Below are positions 53,651 through 64,000 of a DNA stretch of 64,000 bases, one piece after another. This DNA is from Paraspadella gotoi (taxonomy: Eukaryota > Animalia > Chaetognatha). The notes beneath the pieces were generated by a model. That model saw only the letters and a list, made by a program, of their open reading frames with translations. It made no database searches and was not told where the DNA came from. Location: positions 22,156,965 to 22,220,964 of the forward strand of contig CM119269.1 of NCBI GenBank assembly GCA_051294375.1, read 5' to 3'. Position numbers and translations under genes: made by a program. Position 1 is the first letter of the stretch; each line of letters starts with the position of its first letter.

Positions 53651-56600
53651 AGAGAGGAGAGGAGAGGTTGCGTGAGTGATTATCGTGGATTTGGGGAATG
53701 GAGTCACAAAAGAGCAGAGGAAGGAGGGAGAGCTAGAGAATGTAAGAGAGTGAGAGGGAGAGGGCAAAGGTGAAAGAGGGAGAGAAAGAGAATCAGAGAA
53801 TGGAGGGCGAGAAAGCGCGAGTGGGAGAGAGAGGGAGAGAGAAAAATAGGGAGAAAGGACGATCGTGTATAACACGAGAGGGCAAAGAGGGCAGAAGAGT
53901 CCGACACGGGCCGACGCGAGCCGAGACGGGCGCCCGACAGAATTTCATGATTTCGATCCAAAATTTTAATCAGCAAAACTTTTCGTTTTTTGTTTTAATT
54001 TTGGGAAGAAATATTTTATTACTTTTTCTGAAAGAAAATAATAAAAATGATATGAAATAGAAGAAATTATCAAAGATGAATTTACGATTTTTAAAAAAAT
54101 TCTGATTTTTTTTTTAGAAATCTTTTGGTTCTTTTGTGTTTTTTAAATTCAAGAAAAAACCAAGAAAATAAGAAGGAAGTATTGGTGAGTGTAATAGTGG
54201 ATCGTTATCGGCGTTCGACCGACTGACTGCTTTACTTAAGAGCGATCTCATTATCTTTCCTGAAAAGATTTTTTTACCGATTGATTGATTGATTGATCAA
54301 TTATAAAATTGGTACAATCAATGTTAGATTTATTCATTCAATAGACAATAGACATAATAAGTAAATAAGAACGGTAATTCAAATGTGTTGCGCCGAAGTG
54401 ACTGCCTTATCACGTGTATTTCTTGTGACAAGACGTGACATGACATGGCTTTGATATAATATGTAAACACTATACACTATTTAAGTCAGTTTTAGGGTTA
54501 AAGATTAAAGAATCAGTCTGAAGGATTAAGGGTCGGGGTAAAAGATCACGGATTAAGTTTTAGGATTCTGGTTAAATACTAAGTAAAGGTTTGGGATTAG
54601 GGTTCGGGAATAAGATTAAGTTTTTGGTTTGGTAATAAATTAAGTTTATATATTAAGGTTAAGGTTAGGGTAATAACAAACAGAAAAAGGACATTTTTCG
54701 ATAAAAGAGCCTCAAAGGTTATTGAGTCCCGAAAATTTTATTTTTCTTCAAACAAAATGGAAAAGAAAAAAAAAGTTGAATTTGATTTTGAGACACGAAA
54801 TGATACGAGACTCAAGGAAAAGAAAAGAAAGGGAAGGGGAAAAAGATGGAAAGTCGTAATGACTGTCATCATTGCTGTCATCATTTCTGTCATCAAGACG
54901 GATTACTTCTTGCTTGCCTCATTTCTTGAGACAAGAGGATGGAATGGCAATGAAACTTTTTTTTACAGTCGCGGGCTCGAGGGTTGTCCAATTGTCCATT
55001 GTCCAATTGTTATTATCTTGCTTTCCAATTTTCATTGTCTATTTTTGAATTCCAGCTGTCCAATAGTTATCTTTTTGCTATCCAATGGTTAGTGTCCAAC
55101 TTTCCAATGGTTATCGTTACGCTGTGCTATGTCCAATTGTCTTGCTGTCCAATGCTTATTGTCCCGTTGTCCTTTGTTAATTGTTTCACTGTTTAATGTC
55201 CAATTGTCCAATGTCCATTGTCTTGTTGTTCAAAGGTCCAATGTTCATAATACTTTTTAGTCTTTTTTCTTTTCTCTGTAGGGTTATTCATAAATAATTA
55301 TCACATGTATCTTTAAAATATAAAATTTTTTTCTTCTTATTTAAGTGAAACTTTTTCTAGTATTAGTCTTTGACATTACTATTAATTTGTAATGATGTTT
55401 TTGCTAATATGTCATTAAATTGCAATACGTTAATTCTGCTCTAAACTTATGCTACGCATCGCATCAACGAACGCGACAAAAATAATGAAAGAAAAAAGGA
55501 TGAGAAAAAGATGAAGAGAGAGAGAGACGGAGGGAGATAGAGAGGGAGGTCTATAAAAAGTTTTTTTTGTGTTTTTTGTTTTTTTTTATGGAGAAATAAT
55601 TCGGAAAGAGAAAAATCAGAAGTCGTCATTTTGACAAAAGGAAGATCCTTAGACTTTCTCCTAATGAAATTGAGAGAGANNNNNNNNNNGAGAGAGAGCT
55701 TTATTTGATTATGTATGTATATGAATATGTTACTATGCATCACCAATATGCATCATAATTTAATATGAATAAAAATACCTTAAAATTATTAGTTTTAGAC
55801 CAATATAAAGTTTTAATACTTTTTTTTCAAAGCGCACTAAGATGTTTTATCATATTATGCCGTGTTTTTTACGAGCGATAGAAAGTCAGAAACTTAGCTT
55901 CATTCCTGACATATCGTTAATTTCACTTCAGACGTAATAAAAAAAATGCTTTTTCAGTTTTTGAATGAGAAATGATTACAAAAAATCTTTGTTTTGATTA
56001 AAAATTATGTTTGAAATAAATTAGAAGCAACAGCGGAAAAGGGGAAACAGGGGATGATGAAAAGTAGACATTCTTTTTTAGTAATAAATATAATTTTTAT
56101 TATTACCTGGGTTTATTTTACGATAAAATTAAACGCAAAAAGTTTAAAACGACAAGGAAAACTTTAAAAGGGCAAAAAAGCTTTTGAGCGACCGAATGTT
56201 GCAATTTTGAATTATAGTAAGTAATGCGAAATATTTCAGTTTCAACAACGGGCACTTTTTTCCATCGATGCCCCCTTGCTGAAGCAGCGGACTAAACCAC
56301 ACGGACAAAACTCGTCTCTTTTGCTGCTTCCATCGTCGCTTTATGCATCACTCCTTTCGTCGTCGCTCTCACCGTCGCAACTGCTTCCTTCATCGTTCAA
56401 ATTATCGTCGTCGTTTCTGTCGATCCCGATCCTGACCGATGAGTCACCCAGCAATCCAGAATTTTTGTTGTTGTAAAAGTAGCATAGGGAAAGACAATCC
56501 TAATACCTAACCTTAATCCTTAACCCTAATTCCTAACCCCAATCCCTTACCCTAACCCCTATCCCCTAAACTAACCTTATCCCTAACCGAAACCCGAAAC

Positions 56601-56957
56601 AATTAATCCATCGTTCAAATTATCGTCGTTTTTGTCGATCCCGATCCTGAGTCATCCACCCAGAGAGAAAGAGAGAGCGAGAGAGATTCGCTGCTCCGTC
56701 AGACGGCAAGGGGGCATCGAAGAGCATTTCGCCCATTAGACTACATTGGCCTACAATAATCTCTTACTATAAATTGGACGAAAAAGCGACTGACCGACTG
56801 TCCAGTGACCACTCTTGTCCAAATTGACAAAAGTTTTGACAGTTTTGGGCGGTCGTCAGTGGATCTGTCCGTCTGTCTCTGCGTCCGTCAAGTTGTCAGA
56901 AAATCGTGAAGTTTCGTTTTTTTTCCCCACTTTTTTCCTTTTTTTTTCTTCTATCAT

Positions 56958-57021
<64 letters not shown>

Positions 57022-57501
57022 TATTTATAGAACTCGTCCTTTTTTTGCTTTCGTGTGTAATCGTTTCTCCTCTTCCTCCTCCTCTTCCTCCTCCTTTNNN
57101 NNNNNNNNNNNNNNNNNNNNNNNNNNNNNNNNNNNNNNNNNNNNNNNNNNNNNNNNNNNNNNNNNNNNNNNNNNNNNNNNNNNNNNNNNNNNNNNNNNNN
57201 NNNNNNNNNNNNNNNNNNNNNNNNNNNNNNNNNNNNNNNNNNNNNNNNNNNNNNNNNNNNNNNNNNNNNNNNNNNNNNNNNNNNNNNNNNNNNNNNNNNN
57301 NNNNNNNNNNNNNNNNNNNNNNNNNNNNNNNNNNNNNNNNNNNNNNNNNNNNNNNNNNNNNNNNNNNNNNNNNNNNNNNNNNNNNNNNNNNNNNNNNNNN
57401 NNNNNNNNNNNNNNNNNNNNNNNNNNNNNNNNNNNNNNNNNNNNNNNNNNNNNNNNNNNNNNNNNNNNNNNNNNNNNNNNNNNNNNNNNNNNNNNNNNNN
57501 N

Positions 57502-57554
<53 letters not shown>

Positions 57555-58959
57555 TGTACGAGAAAAGGTGAGCCAAGAATGAGGAGTTCCGGCGGAAAGA
57601 AATTTAAAAAAATATAATATGTTTCCTCTTTCAGCAGCTAAATAGCTTGTTTTATTTTTTCATCTATTTTTTTGTGTTTCTGAAGTCAAGGGATTATTTC
57701 ACTTTTCATTTTTCCATATTTTTAACTATTATTTTTTTTTCATTCAATTCTTTCCATTAGATATTTTCATTTTCATAATTAAGTCTTTATTTCCGTTTTG
57801 ACAATTTCCAGTAATTATTCCGGCGTCTTTGTTTGGAGGTATTTTTATCGTCTTTATTTACATTTCAATATTTTCAGTCGTTATTTTCAAGTCTTTATTT
57901 CTACTGTTGCCATATTTTTTTTCCAGGTCTTTAAATTTTCACAATCACAATTGCAGTTCTGTATTTCCAAATCTTAATTTCCATCCAATTTATTCCCCGG
58001 ATTCTCTGCTCGTATTTCCATATTTCACTTTCTTTTTTCGTTCCCATATTTATTGTGCCCTTGAGAGTTTGGCAAAAAGAGACAAAAATAACTNNNNNNN
58101 NNNNNNNNNNNNNNNNNNGAGGGATTGGAAGGCCTTTTCTAAGTTAGTTCGCCAGATAGCTTATTCATGTGATTGAAAGGTTAATTAAAATAATGATTAG
58201 ACTACTCTAAAATCATTCATATAGCAGAGAGTGAAAATTTCAGCGACTCATTTAATGGTTTTTTTGGTTTTTAAAAGATATTAAACACTGTCTAACCCTA
58301 AAACTTGACCGGAAAGGAACTCGCAAAGCTTCCAAGTAATAGAGTCAATCCTATTTTTAACCTGAAAATCAAAGCTTGAGCATTTAGAATTTATAATAAT
58401 TTATTTTAAAATGTTATTAGATATTAGTTTTTAGATAAAGTTATCAAAATAACTTTTTAGCTGGGTGCAAGTACTTGGGGGAGCAATTTCAATCATTTTT
58501 CTTCTACAGTTGGTGGGTAGGTTGGTCGGTCTGTCAGTCTATCTGACTTAAATTTTGAAATGGTTATAACTCGGTTTTATGCTACATAATTTTAAATAAT
58601 ATTTGGTAAGAATGTTTGATTTAATATATGATTGAAAGCATGTTAGATGTTCATATTGTTCCAAGCAGGGTGATTATATAAAATTCAATCATATGACCAA
58701 CTTTTATAATATAACTATAAAATATTCATTATTTTAAAAAGCGGTGAGGTACCATTAAATGCATCTAGGTTTAATATAGTCAAGAACTTTGATGTTAAAT
58801 CTCTTCTTTTTATTTTTTATTTAATGGAAAGAGTTTAATTAGCAGTAACAATGATTTATCGAACAATAAAGGTCGAATTATTTTCGATTCTTGCTTTTTC
58901 GAGTCTGTCATCAGCAGTTTGACTTGACAAGATTTTGGTTCACAAACATTGAATTGGGT

Positions 58960-59007
<48 letters not shown>

Positions 59008-59504
59008 AGAGAGAAGAGAGAGAAAATTTTCCAACAAAAAATTTAGAAAAGGATAGGACAGTGAGGACAGGTAAAAGCGAAGGACAGGGTTGGAGAGAGA
59101 GTGAATAAATATGAAACTGGTGAAAGAAAAAGAGAGAGGGGAAAAATTATTAACATTTGGGCAATTGTGGAAGCTCTTTCTTACTTTATTTTTTACATAT
59201 CTATCCATCTCTAAACCATTTATGTCTTTTATTAATTTTTACTTGACATCTCCATTAGCGAACTTATTCCACCTTATTGTTATTATTAATTATTTCTTTT
59301 AGTTTAAAATTAAGTTTGTTAATTTAAATCTATCTTTTTTTGTATCATTGCAAATAATGAGTTTTTCCCCTCTCACTTTCTGCTCTCGTCTTTCTCTTTT
59401 AAACCAGTTTCAATTTTAAATGTTTATTTCATTCACTCTCTTTCCTTCCTAGTTCTCAGACTTTGACCTGTCTGCACTTCTGACACTATCTTTTCGCTGC
59501 ATTG

Positions 59505-59570
59505 CTTTGTGAAACCACTGATGAAGTGACTCATAAAAGCCGAGTCGAAACATTGTAATTGTTAATAAAA
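59505..59570 (+). ncRNA. Minimal hammerhead-ribozyme-like motif of Penelope pLTR type
   Basis: CTGATGA (59518) agt GACTC-ataaaagcc-GAGTC GAAA CATTGTA, then AATAAA at 59564. Catalytic core boxes, a 5-bp stem II and a near-palindromic stem III (ACATTGT); stem I is weak. Confidence 0.55.
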
Positions 59571-61384
59571 TCGTTGTTAATGCCAATTCAAACTTTTAAT
59601 TTTCTTTTATATCAAGACCTTTAATAAATAAGAAAACCACCAATGTAGATGGTTGAGTGTATGTTTCTATGTCGCTTTGAAATTCTTCCACATAATACGA
59701 AACATGACTAAACCTGCCAGTTTAAAATTTTTTTTTTATTTACTCAAAATGTATACAGTTTTGGTCAAAATTAAGATTCAATCAAACTAGTTCATACAGT
59801 TTAAACCTAATTTTTTTTTCTTTTTTTTTGTGTTGACATAAGAAAGAATGGTTTTGATTGATTTGTTCCTTGAATTCTAATCGATCATTCTGTTTAAACT
59901 ATAGCTTAGTAAACAGTAAAGGTAGTAGTAAGTTTTTTATTATAAGTTTAACACTAACTGCAGGTAAAATAAAAATTGATGGCATCCAGTTAACAGACCA
60001 TGCAGCGAAGCCTTCTACCGGATTTTAATGTACTTTCTTAGCGAACAAGCACCACTCTCCATTCAGGTATTTTCACTAAATTCTCGGAGAGGAGAGAGAG
60101 AGGAGTCATAACAGAAGGAAGAAAAGTTTTGTTTACCCTAACTATTATCCAGCATATAATATTTACATATACTTCTATTATCTGGCCATTTATAAATCTA
60201 TACATGAATGCATAATAAATTAAATATAAATTTTTCGCCCTTAGTTTTAAATTATGTTTGATACAGTATCACAAAAGCAAAAATTACTTCATTACTTGAT
60301 CAATAATGATAGTGCAATCTCGGCCATCTAATAAAAGGCAAGATAAGTAGATTTAAAATTTTAACTTGAATTTTTTTATGAAATACTGTTTTAGATTTGA
60401 ATCTTTTTAAAAACAGTAAAAGTTTACAATTTCTTCGAAAAAAATATGTTATCTCATAGAACAAAAGTAGTAATTTGGGTCCATTTTCCAATCACTTTAG
60501 TAGCCACTTTTGAATATTACTAAAAAGCCAAGGACCAGCAGATTTAAAAATATCTGTTGGCTTTAGAGAGAGATAAAATCTAAATATCTTTCATACTTAT
60601 TCTTCACAAAATTTAGGAATAACTTTTAGTAAGTATTTTATCAAGAAATTAATGATCATCTTTATATTTTTATTTATAATATTATATTATTAGATAAAAT
60701 TTATTAAAAAATAAAAGGTTTAATAAAAAATGATAGTTTACATCAAAAAATTATATTTCAAATCTATTGATTAAATCATTATTTTATTAAGAAATCCTTA
60801 AAATTAAATTCAAACGTAAGCATTACCCATCAAAGAAAAAACCGCAAAGAGTACTCGATCATTATTGGAAAACTCTGGAGAGTGTCCTTTCGGTCAAGTT
60901 TTTTCAGGTTTATCAGTCAGGCAAACGTCTTCTTCAGACAAAAAGAACCTAATAAAATGAGTCGTGACCTTCAATCAGGGGGTGGTATAGATTAAAAATT
61001 TGGGTAACTCTAATAAGTGATGGTTGGAACGAAAAATGTAAAATAAGAATAAAAAAAGAAAATAAAAATTTTTAACGGAAAAATGTATTTGAAGATAAAC
61101 AAAGGAAATGAAGAGAAATGGGAGAAGCTTGAAAGTTTGAAAAATGCAAGAAAATGGGGAAAAAATCTTGAGTATCACTTCGCACTCTGCTGAAGGTCAT
61201 TTGTCAAGGAGAATTTTAATTCAAAATATTAAAAGGATGGTAGAGTATATAACAATAAATAATTTTAAATCAAATAAAAGAAGAGGAATTATTGAAAGTC
61301 GATAAAATGTTTAATTTTCTCGTTGACTGTGTCAAAGTCGATGACAATGATAAGAAAAACAAAGAGAGAGTCTGTTAACGAGAG

Positions 61385-61385
61385 A

Positions 61386-61460
<75 letters not shown>

Positions 61461-61483
61461 AGAGAGAGGGAGAGAGAGCATTC

Positions 61484-61577
<94 letters not shown>
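61385..61577. repeat. (GA)n microsatellite, representative of many in the window (e.g. 34680-34780, 35988-36087, 57502-57550, 62905-63012)
   Basis: Direct inspection. Confidence 0.98.
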
Positions 61578-62475
61578 TCGTCGCCAATACAAGACCGTTT
61601 CAAAATCGGTAAAAAAAAAATATTTTTTCTCTTCTCGCGATTTCGGATTTTGACTAAAAGAAAAAAATTCGTTCAGGTGTAAAATATTGATTTTTTTTTT
61701 TTCATTTTGGGTGCAAATGGAAAAGACTAATTGTTGAATTTTCGGAACGGAAAAGTATCTTTTAAATTTTTAAATCAAATAAAAAATATATATGAAAACT
61801 TCTTTATTTTGAAAAAATTAGGACAAAAAATTCAAAAAACCTAAGTATTTCTACTTCAATGAACATTTAACAACTAAACAAACTCGAAAAGACTTTTTCA
61901 CTTTTGACATTTATTAAAAAAAATTCAACTGACATTAAAACTAGATTAGAAATTTTCTTCGGCCCAAAAAAAAAAAATCAGTTTCCATGAGAGAAGTTTT
62001 AAATCCACTCGACTCGGGGAAAAGAACTTCCCTCATAATAAGATTCTAATAAGATAACAAGACTGAGAGAGACTTGATTAAAAGCTTGCAGGGCCCTGCA
62101 ATGTTATTATCTTGTAAGATAACCCACCATTGCCTGTTCATACTCAGGGACAAGATAGCTGATTTATTAAATGAATTAAATAAATACATTGCTAGTACCA
62201 ATTTCATAGCAGGCTTTTAATCCAGACTCTCTCGCTATCTCGTTTATTCAATGAAATGATTTAGTATGTTTAAAATGACATATTTTATCATTTCCTATTT
62301 TTCCTTTTTATTTGTTGTTCACCTTAATTTTCTCACACAAGTTTTTTCTCTCCACATCACAAGTCGTCACTTCACAAGTTTTCCATCTTTTAATCTCGCC
62401 CACGACGAAGGCTTTAATAAATATCGTCTAAGCTTTACCTGTCGTCTTGAGAGAGAGAGAGAGAGAGAGGAGAGA

Positions 62476-62513
<38 letters not shown>

Positions 62514-62935
62514 CTCCATAACGTTAACATAAATTCTCATTACGTTTGCTCAAGGACAGTTTTATGAGTTCACAACTCATTGATTTACTTTGTCTCAAAT
62601 TTATGAATTCATAAATTTTATTAAACTTGTTTTATAGTACTCTGATACTTGTCACTTGTCAGCAAGTTATATGTCAGCCATTTTGTCATTTGTCTGTCTG
62701 TTTCCTCTTCTTTCCTATACCCGTCTTTTGCCGCGAGAATGAGTTTCTCAACCTTGACCCAATTTCACATCCTTTACTTTTTTTATTACCATTTTTATTA
62801 CTCTTTTTATTACTCTTTTTCTGCTTTCCCTTACAACTTCCTTTGCTTATTCTCCTGTTGCGACGATTTTATTTCCGTCGAATGTTTTGTCTCTCAATTA
62901 CTCTCTTTCTCTCTCTCTCTCTCTTTTTTTTCTAT

Positions 62936-63013
<78 letters not shown>

Positions 63014-63242
63014 GTCCTTGTTTGGGTTTTTCCAATTTAATTTATTGCTTTATTTTTAGTTTAGTTGCCTCATTGTTGTTGTTGTTGTTGATTGTAATCT
63101 TTGGTTTCCTCTTTTTTCCTCCTTTAGATTATTTTGTTTTTCCTGCTTCTCTTTCCCAAAAGCTAATTTTAAAATTAATATTTAATTGTTATCAGTTATC
63201 AAACTGATAGTAATAATAATAATCATAATTCCCAACTCTCTT

Positions 63243-63410
63243 CCCTAAACCCTAAACCCTCGTCTCTTACCTTAATCCCTATCCCTATAACCTAATCCCT
63301 ATCCCTATAACCTAATCCCTATCCCTATCCCTATAACCTAATCCCTATCCTTATCCCTATAACCTAATCCCTATCCCAATCCATATCCCTAACCTCTAAC
63401 CTAACTTTTA
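63243..63410. repeat. Degenerate telomere-like (CCCTAA/CCCTAT) array including a ~23-bp higher-order unit
   Basis: cctaatccctatccctataa repeated. Similar blocks at 13060-13155, 16068-16120, 33200-33305, 38550-38740, 40650-40760, 54490-54672 and 56500-56600. Confidence 0.85.
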
Positions 63411-63670
63411 AACCTGAAAACGAATTTAATTTCGAATTTATGATGAAATGGGACGCGTTGGGAAAATGAGCCCGTTTTCCGTTTTTTTTTCTATTTATTT
63501 TCTTCTCTCTTTTTTCTTCTCATTATTTTTTCCAATTAGTTTTTTTTCGTCTTTAGTTGTTCTTTCTTCATTTTGGTCAAATTTCTTTTATAGTCTTCTC
63601 AACTTCTCTATTCTCATTGTACACTTTTCTCCTCTCAACCTTTCTATTCTGTTCTCTCTCTACCTTTCTA

Positions 63671-63707
<37 letters not shown>

Positions 63708-63903
63708 TTTATCTTCTCTATTTTTCTCTCCTTCATTCTCCTTATTTTTCTCTCTATCGTCCTTTCTTTTCCCTATAATTCTATTCTCCTCTTCCACCTC
63801 TCTATTTTCTTCTCTTTTTCTCTCTTTCGCCTATCTTCTCAACTCAGATTTATGAGAGACGACGTCTTTTTTCCCAAAACCAAAAGCAGTGACGATGGAA
63901 CTG

Positions 63904-63934
<31 letters not shown>

Positions 63935-64000
63935 ATCTCTCTCTCTCCTTCCTTCTCTTCCTCTTTCTTTCTATCTCTCTCTCTATCTCTCTCTCTCCTT

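Larger units (their letters stand above)
41545..57600 (+). repeat. Copy D of the second duplication (~16 kb); contains an extra HINE, a longer VNTR and a ~280-bp insert
   Basis: Collinear with C except 42800-43090 and 46515-49464. Confidence 0.95.

Noticed and set aside
58880-58925. Minus-strand CTGATGA-cagactc-GAAA hammerhead-like match
   Set aside because: No stem II or stem III pairing and no cleavage triplet in position.
59964-60066. Exon-like segment bounded by CAG and CAG|GTAT
   Set aside because: Stops in all three frames from the acceptor, and no partner exons found.

Overview
AT-rich, intron-containing animal DNA, probably a protostome invertebrate, from a gapped draft assembly. 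Bases 1-10,000 hold two clearly recognisable genes in head-to-head orientation: tyrosine hydroxylase (minus strand, 7 exons in the window, running off the left edge) and a compact Drosophila-type timeless (plus strand, 9 coding exons, about 817 aa by my exon sum). Their shared upstream region is rich in E-box, TER-like, D-box and CCAAT motifs. Bases ~10.5-57.6 kb are two successive large direct duplications (A 10470-19550 / B 19551-28600; C ~28725-41495 / D ~41545-57600). These are partly error-rich and are most likely uncollapsed haplotypes or raw-read gap fills. They contain an uncharacterised low-complexity gene, a decayed TRAF/MATH-like gene with a tRNA-derived SINE, a 4-exon 93-aa signal-peptide plus TM microprotein gene missed by the ORF track, a possibly coding 54-bp minisatellite, and a 3-exon ankyrin-repeat/SOCS-box (ASB) gene. 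Mobile elements include DINE-1-like non-autonomous Helentrons (one visible as filled versus empty site) and Penelope-like remnants with inverted pseudo-LTRs and hammerhead-ribozyme-like motifs. The last ~6 kb is microsatellite-rich with no gene I can support. All calls come from reading the sequence by eye; no database searches were run.
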